A DNA stretch of 63,904 nt, filler included. It is 11 parts of 11 records of this genome, joined end to end, with 100 filler letters (N's around TTAATTAATTAA, not from the genome) between each part and the next. Parts side by side here need not be neighbours in the genome. Positions count along the whole stretch, not along the records: positions 49,687 to 59,536 come from SRR9670534_921; positions 59,637 to 61,780 come from SRR9670534_924; positions 61,881 to 63,904 come from SRR9670534_926; 8 more parts are not named here. One strand, given 5' to 3'. The first letter of the stretch is position 1, and every line of letters begins with the position of its first letter. A model generated the notes under the pieces. That model worked only from the letters and a program-made list of their open reading frames with translations. It had not been told where the DNA came from and made no database searches. Of the stretch, positions 49,687-63,309 are shown one piece after another. A program made the translations under genes and the position numbers.

Positions 49687-51559
49687 AATTAACTTAATTT
49701 AATTATTATTATTAATGAAGATATGAACAGTATTTATAGGATTATTATTATTATCCATTTGATGAACCAAACAATTCCTCATCTGTTATCTTTTAATAAA
49801 GGTACAATAATACATGTGCCACGCATGAATTCGTTCAGGTTACAGCATTTCGATTAATTAAAACAAACAAGTGCCAATAGATGTCGCGCTTCGCCTCATG
49901 TCGTTCAATATGGTTTTTATCATTGGAATGAAATACTTGGTTGACTGAAAATGTCTGTGTGTGGGTACTTCTCTCATGTAATACACGAAGGGTACATATG
50001 TTAAAAGGTTGTCAGCAGTCCCAAAGGCTGCTAATTGATTTTATGTTTGCTCTGCTGTGGGTAAAAAGGCTTTTAGACACCATTGCCGGGCAGTCAACCA
50101 CACATCAAGTAACTTATGTAAAGACTGTGTTAATATTTTAATTACATTGATTGATCAAAGAAAAAAATCAATTTAAATAATAATACCAGTAGTATCATCC
50201 CGGCTTTTCCATTATTAATAATTATTGATAACGGCACTTTTGCAAATGTAATATAATTGAAAATGAGATAATACAGTAGTATGTATGTAGTAATATTGTG
50301 TATACATCTTAATTAAAATAGAGCGATAGATAGATGGGTAGTTGATACATAGTCCATTTGGTGGTGCTGACTTTTCAGTGGCAGCTGTACACATCCACCC
50401 ATCATGATATTTACATAAACAGCGCATTTCTGGTTTACTTGTTGAAAGCAATGTACAACACGTGCTCGCTCTGTTCATCAAAAAGTGTTATGTATAACAA
50501 GCGTATACGCATGCATATATGTATTGTATATGTAGAGCCACTCCATGTAACATCAAACATTCATGGAACATTCATGGCCTGAAGGAGAGAAGGATGGCAG
50601 GCAACCATCACCATTACACATATGTTACTAGTTGTTACTTTTTCAGAGTCCTTGCAAAAAACTAACTTTCAATTAGCTTAACCTCCTTGTAAACACACAA
50701 GTACACATAGTTGTGTTCATAGTTTAAATTTTTTAACAAAATTTTTAAAAAATTTAATGGGGTGTTATTATTAATGATAAAATAAACAAACATTAATTAC
50801 TAATTATAATACAGTTTATTATAAACTGCTTATATGAACATGGAATGAGTAATGTCATTTTATTAAAATTTATTAAATCATTATGCAAAACTTTTCAAAA
50901 TGAAACTTAACTTAAATGTAACCCTTTTTAAATGTTTAACTCCTTTTAAATTTAACCTATAAATTTGCAATAGTACCAATATTATTATTAGTAATAATAA
51001 TAATAAGGTAATTTACAATATACATATTGTTATTGTTAATTAATAATACTTAATTATATTTCATATTCATATTTATATATTATTAATAATAATAATATTC
51101 AATATTTATTTAATAATAACATGCATCAGTTAACAAGTTATATTTATAAATAACAATTTATAATAACAATTTATTAACATAATTTTATCATAAAATGAAA
51201 GTCATAATTTAATATCATAATACAGCACCATAATTTATTAATAAAACAGTTCTCATTAATTATTAATATTAATTAATAATAATAGTTTTACCAATTCTTG
51301 TAGTTCTTGTAGTAACCTATAATGTAGTGTGGCAAGTTATTATTAATAAGTTAATTAGTATGTATATTATATTATGTTATATATACAGTATATAATAATT
51401 GTATTATATTATATATACAGTATATAATCATAACAATTATCTTACTATAGAATTTCTATATTATACTATTATTTATAATAATTTATTATATTATCTATCT
51501 GTTGTACTTTTTTAAAGGTATTTGTAGTACAAATTTTGTACCATAGTTCATTACTATAA

Positions 51560-51770
51560 TACTATAGTACTAGTACATAGTATACTATAGCTATATATAG
51601 TATTATATTACTGTAATATATAATAATATAATACTGTAATACTATATATAGTACTGTAATATTATAATACCATAATATTACACTGTATAATATTATACTA
51701 CTATATAATACTGTAATATTATAATACCATAATACTGTAATATGTACTATATATGGTACTATAGTACATA
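51560..51770. repeat. AT-rich simple/minisatellite repeat (TACTGTAATATTATAATACCA-like units)
   Basis: Repeated ACTGTAATAT and TATAATACCATAATA units. Confidence 0.6.
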
Positions 51771-54394
51771 TATGAATAAAAATCCTTGAATAAGTAAACA
51801 AAAATTAATAATATTTGCAAATCCAGGAAATTCTTGGGCGGAATGGAAGATTGACTGTGGTTTGTAATAGGAAATTTATCAGGATGGTAAAAAGTAGGTG
51901 GACAAAGTGTGTTGTTGTTAGACAAGTGTAACAACAACTGCATGCCTGAAAGGCATATGGCAAGTTAACCATCCTAACGGTTTCGACTGGCTTATTACAT
52001 TAATTAATTAAATTATCTTTAAAAAAACAAACCCAAACCATGTTTTTCTACTTTGTGTGTATTACCAGGTGTAAAAATCACCGATGACACCATTGACACT
52101 GACTGGTTCTGGCAAACAAGAATGTTAATTAAAATTAACAAGGGGCGGAAATCCGCACGTGGTGGGAAAATTGTCACAAGAAAAAGGCACCGTGCGACGG
52201 AAATCTTCACTCAATACATTAGCATTACGTAACATAACAAGAATACATTCAATGTGATGTTGTTAATTTGATTAGTAGCATGCTACTGCAGGGCTGTGTC
52301 ACTACTGTGTAGTAGTAGCCACTGGTCATGATAGACACTAATGATACCATCATAAATCATAATAACTGCGATAAGCGGTTTTATTGCGTCACGTGACGTT
52401 GATTTCACTTGTGATATACTGCTAATGGACCTTGTCATTATTTATTACCTGGGAATTTTCATCACGAGACAAGGTAGAAACGCCATCTTGACTATAGCTT
52501 ACCTGGACAAGATTGCCCTGTGGCTATTACGGATAGCCTAATAGCCACAATAAAAATTAATACCTTGTAATGATTGATTATAATTTAATACAGATGTACC
52601 TATGCTATTATTAATATTAATAATTTTTTAAAAGCTTTCAATTTAAACATTTTTTCTTTTTTTAATTAAAAAATTAATATATTTTTTCATGTAATGTTCT
52701 AACTTATTAATAATTAATATATTAAGTAATAATAATTAAGTAATAATAAATCAATAATAATTAAGTAATAATTAATAAATTCATCATATTTAAATAATTA
52801 GGTTATTAATAATAATAACAATATTTATTAAATAATTAAATTTAATATTGTTTAAATTTAGTTAAAAAATAATTAAATTTTAATTTGTCAATATTTTGAT
52901 TTATTTCATATTTTAAATTTTATAATCTGATTATAATAATCAATTGAAATTATTAAAATATTTATATTATAAATCATAATTTATAATTTCATATTCACTT
53001 TAGTTATTAATACTTAATTATAATTAATACTAATTAAAGGTATTATGATATTTTTGAAAATATTATTAATAACATTATTAATAAAATAGCAATATTTAGT
53101 ATCTAATAAATATTATTAAAAATAACTGTATGCAAAAATAGCAAAGTAAACCACGAAATTTCTGGTTTTTGTATATCATTTCTGGTATGATATATTTATC
53201 ATTAGCTGGAAAGGATAATGTACCCATAACAGGAATAATAATGTTATGATAAATATAACATGTATAATAATTCGCGGCTTATTTGAGGCGGGCGTCATAA
53301 AGTCCAATAGAAGTGGATCAAAATCTGTGTGTAAATGGAAAGAAAATAAACAATATCCTAGATCAGGATTTTGCAAATAAATATTTGTCGGTCTTATGTT
53401 TTACATGGAGGATACTATGTTGAACAGGAGTACATTATTAATAATAATAATGTTGTACAAGCAACAAACAGAAGCAGCTTTCTCAAAAGGAAATCAACAC
53501 TTTCCAAATAAACCAAAAAGCCAAAAAGGTTAGTTAATTAAAGAGTCTTTCCTGTTACGTGACACTGCTATATTACACAATTTTGTTTACCCTATCATTA
53601 ACATGTGTCAATTTCACCATTGTATAAACATTTCATTTAATTAACTTTATTAAAATTTTAAATTAAATTTAAATTTAACATTTTTTAAAACCTCTCAACT
53701 GTCCATAAAATTGCATTGTAATTAAATAAATCTTATTTAAATTTAAAATATTTAAATTTAATTTAAATTTAAAATATTTAAATTTTGAATTAATATTTAC
53801 ATTTTAAATTAAAATTTAAATTTAAAGTTTTGTTATAATTAAAGTGAGAAAGTAAAATATTTAAATTTTAATATTTAATTTTAATATTTAATTAATATTT
53901 AAATTTTAAATTAATATTTAAATTTTAAATTTTGTTTTAATTAAAGTGATAAAATTTAAAGTTTATTAAGGAATGTAAAGAATTGATAAATGTCTGTTAA
54001 ATTAAAGTGAGAATAAAGGGGGAAAGTTTATTACTTGGTCATTATTACAGTGCTGACATGGTTTTCATCATCATTATAAATAATAGAAAGAAATGGATTT
54101 AGCATTTGTCTAGATGTGTGTATAATGTATGTTTTGAGCAATTAATCATAAATGATGATGATCATAAGGATGATGGCGGTGATGTTCATTAATGATAATG
54201 ATAATAATGATAATTGTTTATGTTGTTATCTAATAAACCAAGAAAGGAGAAAAGAGGATTAACAAAATAATGTTCGTGCTAATTTATCTTATTATTAACC
54301 CATCGTTTCCATAAAGAATGTACAAATGTCCATGATTAGTATCTTTTATTATTATTCTCAATTAGTACACAAAGTAACATCCTTAACAATAATA

Positions 54395-54735
54395 ACAAAC
54401 AAACATTTTGTAAAAAAGTTTAGAATTACAAATTTTTAAAAAAGTGTCAAATTTTATTTTAAAAACTTTTAAATTTCATTCTTTTAATCGCATAATTAAC
54501 ATAAAAATTATTATTAATATGCAAAATCAGTAATATTAATATTAATAAATGTATATTTGATAATAACAAACATTTTATAAAAAAATTTAAAATTAAAATT
54601 TTTTAAAAAAGTTTCAAATTTTATTAAAAATCTTTTAAATTTCATTCATGCAACAAAAATTAAGTTTTAAAGTATAAAAATTATTACTAATATGCAAAAA
54701 TATGAATATGAATATTAATAGATGTATATTTGATA
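54395..54735. repeat. Tandem duplication, ~170-bp unit
   Basis: AACAAACATTTT..TCAAATTTTATT..CTTTTAAATTTCATTC..TAATATGCAAAA..TGTATATTTGATAA occurs twice in the same order. Confidence 0.75.
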
Positions 54736-57700
54736 AAGGGGCTGGTCAAAATTAACATAATTATCACTGTAATTAGTAATTTTACTCCCCATGACAAGGC
54801 GCCATATGGGATCCTCTTCTTTCTTGTCATTTGTATCATATGAATATGGCATAGTTTCTACTAATAATGATACAAATATAATAATTGTATTCATAATTAC
54901 ACATGGTGACATATTGTAACAAGCAATGTAATGTCTTTGTAAACAAAGATTATTGTTTAAAATATCATAAATTAGATGTAATATTTGATACAGAGCTGCA
55001 ACATTTGTCAAAGCATCAAGAAATGCAATAAATTCGTTAAAATTGGAATTGGAATTAAGGCGCCAAGAAGTCTGCATTGTGTTCACTTTATTGGGTGAAA
55101 ATTACCCCATTATTGTGTAGCAATAAATTTGGGGGTGCAAGTGCCCAGTTTTTGCACAGGTAACACTTTGCACCCATGTAGTAATAATTTATTATTATTA
55201 TTGCTGGTGATGTAGCAAGAACGTAATAAAAGTACAGCCTTAATAAAAGTGTAGCAGTGTAATCAATCATTACCCTACAAATGAGTGAAAGGGGTATCTC
55301 CATAAATCATATCCCAAGTAGGTTGTAATAGGGGTATGCTTTTATTTGGGAGCGGTACAATCAAAGGTAAGGGTGTTACTGACTTTTTAATAACAACACA
55401 ATATACATGGAGGCATTTAGAAGCAAACATGCTTGACAAGTGTTTCCCTCAGGACATAAGGGTTTATCCCAATGATAAAAAGAGGGATTAAATGTTGAAT
55501 TGTTGTTAATAATCATCATCAACAACATGTGATTCTCTTCCAATACCCCCTTATTCTTTTATTTATTGTGATTGACAAAAGTTGTGCTTTTCCTCATCAA
55601 TCATTCAAAAGTCTGTCAATCTGCTAAAATACCCTGCTTATATTATATTATTAATAATGAGTAGAAACCCCTTACCCACCCAGTGAAATAGTATAGTAAT
55701 ATTACTACTAAATATTGGTGCACATACATACAGGAAATCAATTTCTCCAATTTCTATGAATATTAATCAAATGATACCCTTGTTATTAATGTGTAAACTT
55801 ACTTAAACGTGAAAATGCATGTTAATTAATAATAATCTTAACCCAACAATAATTAACATAGTATACTTGATACACTTTTCCTCTGCTCCCACTCTTTGAT
55901 TGACATTTAGAGCAAAATACTAAATAGTAGTGTGTGGAATTTGTGTTGAGCCTCCTTGTTTACATTGGTTGAATACAAAGTTGCAACAATCATAGGAATT
56001 AGGTACCTTCAAAGCTCCAAACAATATATCAAAAATAGTGGAGGTGATCTATTGAGGCCAGGTAAACAAATATAATTATTTGTGTTTTACACAAACATTA
56101 CATGCTATCAATACACATGATACCTTTTTCAACCATCTTTGACAAGTATCACACATTTTAGTAATTTATCCTATATCCTCTATCATATGTATATATATTA
56201 TAATATACATTGTATATGCATTTTTATTAAATTAATAATACATAGTATATAGTATATTTATATGCATTATAGTATATTATATTATAGTATATTTATTATA
56301 TTATATAATAGTATATTTATTATAGTATATAGTATATGTATTATAGTATTATTAATTTATAGTATATACTATATTAATGTTACAAATCATAATTAATAAT
56401 AATATAATATTTTAAGAAATATAACTTTGTTATTAATAATAACAATAATGTGTAACACAGGATTATAAAAGTATTTTTAGAATCAAATAATCATAATAGT
56501 ATTGTTATAATAATAATATATAATAAAATATATTTGAATTAGTCTTTACGAACATCTGTTGAATCTTTCACCACCTGCAATTTATTATTATTAAACTTTA
56601 TTATTAGTAGTATTAATAATAACATTGTAGTATTTGTACTATTGTACATAATAATCATAAACATATACAATACTTATATTTGTTATAAATTTATAACAAA
56701 TATATAAATATATAAAAATATAGATATAATTCATAATTAAAAATTGGCAATAAAATTTATCAATAATCAATTATAATTATTATTTAATTATTTGAAAATC
56801 TTTAATAATAATAATGTATAATTTTTAGTTATATAATAATAATTAATAATTGAATATGAAATTTTAATAATTCTAAAATAAACAATATTTTATTATCCTT
56901 TAAATTTTGTAAAATTATGTCTGGAATAATAAGAAGTAACTTTGTCCTGACAAATATAATGAATAAAATATGTACAAGTGTTAGCATACACATAAATCCA
57001 TAATACTACTATACTTAATTAAATTTTAGGGTATAGAGTGTTGATCCAGCAGTTAACTTCATCTACTTTTGTTATTTTATTGTGATAAGTATCTTCTTCC
57101 CCTTTATTAATTCAATATGCATTGGGATAGATATAGGATTATTAGGCGCCTAGGGGATTTCTGGCTCCAAAAACATGTAAATATAGTAAGAAAAAAAGGA
57201 ATAACTAGTAAGTAGTACTACTATGTACTATGTAGTAAAGGGATGTGTCATGTTTGCATTGAAATTAATTGAATATTACAACAAAGAAGGAACCCAACAT
57301 ACATATGAAATATCTATATATTGAAAATTGCTGCAGATGAAGATGACAGTGTCATATCAATGATACCCACTGTACATATGTATATAATATTAATGTATGA
57401 TTAAAAGCTAAATGTGTGTGGTTAATGTATTGTATTAAATGGGTTCTTATGCTAATCTGATTATTGTTATTCTTTGCCTGGTCATATTACAGAAATCATA
57501 GGTGATTAACCAGGTGTCATTTACATCTAATGCTTTTCTTGTTCTTTTTCATCAAACACACAGGTAAATTGAAGAACACATGAGGGGCAAGAGCAGGATC
57601 ATCTACCAGTTGACAGTTTTATGACACATAAGTGTATGTCTAAAAGGGGCTGGTAGAAACATTATTACTACACGTGTTTGACACAAAAGGGGAAGGAGAA

Positions 57701-59536
57701 ATCAAAAACATCATAAAATATCATCAATAAAAGAACAATGTTCAAACCAAATGATGCTCACCAAATGAAAAATGATCATCATTTCCAGGTAGCCATTCAA
57801 GAGTAATAATCCAATTAACAAGGAAAACCACAAAAAAACCCTCAGTTTGCTCTTTAAAGTGCCCAGTGCCCAGTGGGGTATTTATCGTATTAGTAGGGTA
57901 CTTAATAAGTGTCATTACTACTACTACAAGCAATTGAAAAATTGCAATTAAAATTTGTTAAAAACCCCAAAAGTAGAAATTCATTGATTTATGGTATGAA
58001 ATAAAAGTGTAATTTTATTGTCATCAATAAAGTGAAATGAACAAAAAAAGGGTTTTATTGTCCTTCAAAAAGTGATATTTATGATTGTACATATGTAGGC
58101 CCTATATGTGGATATGTTTTTATTGAAGAAAAGTCCTTTCATAAACTTTTATTATTCTATGATTGATTAGTATAAATGGCAACTTAATAATGATAACATG
58201 TAATAATTGCATCCAATAAAATATTTTGACAATAAACTACACAAACATTACACTGATCTAAAATTACATTTAAAACTTAAATAATAGCTATACCTACAAG
58301 GTATTACCTAGGTTATTATTATTAAAATGACACTTTAAACTTTTAAAAAATTATTAAAATTTTGAAGTTAATCTACCCAAATAACCAATTTTAAATTTTT
58401 TAATATAAATTTTAATTTTTTAACAATTTTTTTTAACTTCTTTAAAATTTTAATTAAAATTTGAATTTGAATATTTTAATTAAAATTTGAAAATTGAATA
58501 TTTTAATTATAATTTGAAATTAATATTTGAATTTTAAACTTCTTTAATATTTTACAAATTTTAAATTATTTAAATTTTTTAAAAAACGCTATTTTGTGAA
58601 TTAAATTAAACCTAAGGTATTATTCAGAATTATTCTAATATAGGTGCGAAAAAAGTTAATGTAAGACAGGAAGGTTATCTAACAAGTTATTATTATTGTA
58701 ACATTCATAAAGTTCCATGAAAGGACATGTGACAGACACAGACATTACATTAAAAAAAGGAGCCGCATTTGCTACATAGCATATTATTACTATATAATAA
58801 ATATAGAAATAATATCTTATCAATAACTCATATATTACAGAACACTCTACAGATTATTAACCAATCTACACAAAGCAAAGTCATTGTTGTTAAACAACTT
58901 GTCCTACATCCAAAGCTACTGTTAAATCCTTCTTATCAGTTATTTATTTACATTTCCTCCCAAAGAGAGAGAGCGAAAGAAAGATTTCCAGGCAAAATAT
59001 TACATATGGTACTGTATGCAGCTATCATATAGCACCTACTGTAGTGTCTACCTGCAGAGTACTGCAGTATTTGTGTTTATTATGTGGCGTGTTAATTAAT
59101 ATTTGGTGGTACACACCATTTGAAGCTACACACCAAGGCAATGGAGAGCGCGTGAGCATGTGCTGTTTATTTAGTAACTTTGGCTTTGATTTGGCTAAGT
59201 TTGTTCGTGTATCATATAATCCACACCTCTGTTTGTGTAGGCTCTTCATTTCAAGGCATTTATATGCTATACTCTATTAAAAACATACACATATATACAA
59301 TCTCGTACTTTAGTAGCGTTGTACCGATTATGGCCAGATTATACTCATCAATCTTACTTCATGTAATAATAAATAGAAGACAGTCAGCACTATTTTATTT
59401 ATTTTAAAAAATTTAAATTTTATTTAAAAATTCATTATTAAATTCAAATTAATTATATTTAAATAAAAGTTTTAAATTTTGTAAAAATTTCAATTATATT
59501 TAATCATATTTTAATCATATTTAAAAATTTCATTAT

Positions 59537-59636
59537 NNNNNNNNNNNNNNNNNNNNNNNNNNNNNNNNNNNNNNNNNNNNTTAATTAATTAANNNNNNNN
59601 NNNNNNNNNNNNNNNNNNNNNNNNNNNNNNNNNNNN
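59537..59636. other. Artificial contig spacer
   Basis: 44N-TTAATTAATTAA-44N. Confidence 0.98.
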
Positions 59637-59909
59637 TGGTCCATTTTAGGCCAGCTTACCCTATGCAACCATAAATTTCAACAACTAGCAGCAATTTTGG
59701 TACCATAAATTTAATTCAAACTTGTCAAAGTTTGGCCATAGCAACAATAAAATAGAAGCAATTTATGATGTTCACCTCGAACAAATCTCACAAAATGACA
59801 CTTATTTCTAATAACTTATCACTTGTACTATATATTGTATTTACCAGTCTCTAGCTAATAACAACTACTTTGTCAAAACTATTATTAATAATAACTACTT
59901 TTCAAAATA

Positions 59910-61483
59910 ATGAAGCTGTTTTTGTTTGCAGTGTATTTTATCAGCTTCATTTCAAACATAGACTGCTACGTGAATATAACTGCAATAGGCATAGATGAAT
60001 ATGAGAGCAAATACAACATAACAAGTCCTGAAGATTGTGGATATTCAGAATTACAACCTTTGAACCTTGAAAAGATCCGGAAAAAAAGGCAAAGTTCTGC
60101 AGATTTTATTAATAATAATAACAAGTTTCAAGTAAATGGATCACATATAATTGGAGGCTATCAAATAAAAGAAATTGATGACGTTCCATGGCAAGTTTTC
60201 ATTGAATCTAAATATGTAAACAGAGACGATATGTCAACAAATAATCGCCAAGCTTGCGGTGGCACCCTCATTTCTTCCCGCCATGTAATAACTGCTGCAC
60301 ATTGTCTTTTTCCATACCAAAATCGAAAGAAAGAAACCCGTGTTTATACAGATATTACGGTATATCTGGGTTTGCTAAATTACAAAAACCGCGCGGTTAC
60401 TGCTAGAAAAGTGCTTAAAGTTGAAGAAGCTTACTTTGTAAGCAATTACGAGAATTTATTACTAAATACTACACTATTATTAGTTTTTCATGTTGTAGCA
60501 GTATTATTCTTAGATAAATACTTGGAATTACTACAAGGGCAATCAGAGAAACAAGAACGATATCGGCATCTTAATTCTTCCAGAGGAGTTGGATTTAATT
60601 AATGAATTTGTGATTCTACCAGCTTGTCTGCCAAAAGAAACGGACAAACTACCAGCTAACAAACAATGCTTGTTAACTGGATTTGGCTACACATATGGTG
60701 GATTTTTCGTGAATTTTTTCCAAAATAATTATTAATAATAAGTTCTATAAAATACATATATAATATTACTCGATAATAATATTATATAATACCTACTACT
60801 AAATGTATTTATAAATAGTATGCTAAAATTATTGTTAAATTTATGCTATTATTCGAATATGTAGTAAATTATATAGTACAATACTGTTAAATGTATTTAT
60901 GCTAGAATTAGAAATTAAATTTAAATAATTAGATTTAAAATTTGTAGTAATATCGACAAAATTTATGGTTAATTGGTATACAATTTGATGTTGTCACTTA
61001 CAATATTGTTACTGAAAACTTTCTTTATTATTTATAGATGTCTATGCAGATCCTGAACATGATACTAAAGGAAAAGAAAGTGGTGACTTGATGTACGCAT
61101 TCATACCAATTAAAACCAATCATGATTGTCGAAAAATGTTTCGTAAATTTGGTAAAGTCCAGGATAAAGACGGTTTTGACAAATGGAATGTTCCTCCAAC
61201 TCACTTCTGTGCAGGTTTCGTCATTGACGATGAAGTTGATGTTGATGAGCTAACCAAAACAAATATAATGAAGAATCCCAAAAAAATTGGCAAACACGCT
61301 ATAGCTGACGCTTGCAATGGTGATTCAGGGGGACCACTGGTTTGTCAAAATGATGAGACACAAGCGTATGAACTATTTGGTATTACTTCTTTTGGAAGGC
61401 TTTGTGGTCTTCTTCCCGGTTTATACACCAATGTTAGGATGTACATTCCATGGCTGAGGCAATTTTTAACCTGGCTTAAATAA
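59910..61483 (+). CDS. Secreted trypsin-like serine protease (S1A), complete, 3 exons
   Basis: Exons 59910-60437, 60514-60697, 61038-61483. Signal peptide, IIGG mature N-terminus, CGGTLIS, TAAHC, NDIGI and DACNGDSGGPL give a full catalytic triad with Asp189. Confidence 0.93.
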
Positions 61484-61696
61484 TTACTCTATACCAATCA
61501 TCACGAATTGTCATACGCAGTATTATTAAATAAGACCCCATTACCTATAATCTGCATGCAAGCAATACCCAACTTATATATTACGTCACAAAATTCCAGT
61601 ACTCTACCTAGTTCTACAATACAATTATAGCCATGTATTAGTTATTAATAAGCTACAATGGTTATTATTATTAATAAGAATAAGCAATACATTTAC

Positions 61697-61780
61697 TTAA
61701 AGCCAAAAGATGCCGCACTTAATCACAATATTAAGAAATATTTATGTACATGTGAATATGTGCGACATCTTTTGGCGTTA
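61697..61780. mobile_element. Palindromic MITE fragment, possibly piggyBac-type, cut by contig end
   Basis: Arms 61702-61727 and 61751-61776 pair 23/26 (GCCAAAAGATGYCGCAC core), with outer TTAA / TTA[N]. Confidence 0.55.
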
Positions 61781-61880
61781 NNNNNNNNNNNNNNNNNNNN
61801 NNNNNNNNNNNNNNNNNNNNNNNNTTAATTAATTAANNNNNNNNNNNNNNNNNNNNNNNNNNNNNNNNNNNNNNNNNNNN
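61781..61880. other. Artificial contig spacer
   Basis: 44N-TTAATTAATTAA-44N. Confidence 0.98.
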
Positions 61881-62683
61881 TTTAAAAAATTTTCATTTAA
61901 TTTTAAAAGATTTTAAAAAAAGGCAATAAAGACTTAATTTAGAGTTAATTTAAAGTTTCTTTCCACGTGAAACTCTTTTAATTAAAATGAAATGTGACTT
62001 GTGACATCGATTGTCACTTCTTTTTTTTTATTACAGGGTTTATGTCAGCATGAGTATTGTTTTTTATTTTCTATAAAGGTAATGTTTACTACAACTTCAA
62101 CATGTGGTTTTATGAATCATAATTATAAGATATTACTGCAATGTGTTTATACTTTATTCCATTTACGATTATGCATCTGATTAATAGTAATCACTGAAGA
62201 ACTAATCTTTTTATTTTTAAACCTGATCAACTTATATTCCTCAGTCAATCAATATCTTTTTAATCTATTGTCAATATATATATCCAAGCTGATTTATAGA
62301 TTGATTACTCATGCAACTGACTTTTGCCGTACTTTAGATTTGTAAAATATCGTTTAGATGGGTTGAATTGAAAATAAAATTATATTAAAAACATATGTTA
62401 ATTAACTCCCAATTTGACAGCTGTTTCTATGATAATAGCAATCAATGATCACATATGTTAACATCTGTCAAATTGACAGTTAATTGCGTTTTGTAATAGA
62501 ACTAATCATCAGTTATTGCCAGGCTCATAGTGGATTCCAGTCATAATAATAAATGATCATAATAGTATTTACTCTATTCATTGTATTGTACAATATGCAA
62601 TATATTGCAATAAATGTCCTATCGAAATTCTATTCTGAATTGCCTAACATAATGAAAGACCATTTTGAAAGGATTTTTAGTAC

Positions 62684-62756
62684 GTGTCCGTAGTGTAGTG
62701 GTTATCACGCTCGCCTCACACGCGAGAGGTCCTGGGTTCAAACCCCAGCGGACACA
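62684..62756 (+). tRNA. tRNA-Val-CAC: tRNA-Val (anticodon CAC)
   Basis: Acceptor stem GTGTCCG/CGGACAC+A, D-arm TAGTGTAGTGGTTATCAC, anticodon arm CTCGC-CTCACAC-GCGAG, T-arm CTGGG-TTCAAAC-CCCAG. No encoded CCA; an oligo-T Pol III terminator follows. Confidence 0.97.
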
Positions 62757-63222
62757 TTTTTTATTTTTTTTTCTTTGCCTCGTTGTTAAATAATGTGACA
62801 TGTTACATGCTTAAAGATGATATTATATTTACAACACTATAGTAAATATATCATGTAGACGTACACAATACTTTTGCAGAATGTTATACCCATAATTCTA
62901 ACAGAAAACATGTGTCAGATTATATGGGTTATATATATTTAAACCATATTGCTACGCATTTTAATTTAAAATCGATAAAGCCAAAACAGCTTAACTCATT
63001 AGAAACAATAGGCCAACTTTTATTTCCATCATTATTATAATAATGTAAACATAAAGTAATAATATAATTCCGTCACCAGATTGTACCAGTGGTACAGTAC
63101 CACTAGGGAGAATATTACTGCTGTTAATAACACATACATAACTGAAAGTCAGTAATAAAGCAATTTTAGCAATTATTTTTGTAACGAAAATACTATAATA
63201 GTAAATGTTTGAAACTGACAAT

Positions 63223-63309
63223 CTAATCTACATCTTCTCCTTCATAATTGAGATTTGATAAAAATTCCTGAACCTTCCTCATTTCCTCACTCTTCTTCCT
63301 CTTTCTAGG
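63223..63309 (-). CDS. Possible terminal exon of an unidentified gene (PRKRKKSEEMRKVQEFLSNLNYEGEDVD*)
   Basis: Polypyrimidine+TAG acceptor followed by a purine-rich frame ending in TAG. Upstream exons not identified. Confidence 0.3.
   Translation of the reverse strand, partial: PRKRKKSEEMRKVQEFLSNLNYEGEDVD

Noticed and set aside
53968..53990. GGAATGTAAAGAA resembling miR-1
   Set aside because: Only a partial match, and no complementary star arm to form a pre-miRNA hairpin.
49941..59407. Many 60-120 aa ORFs in the gene-free contig
   Set aside because: I/Y/N/L-biased translations typical of random AT-rich DNA, with no motifs or coherent exon chains.
62619..62801. 60-aa minus-strand ORF
   Set aside because: It is the antisense of the tRNA-Val gene.
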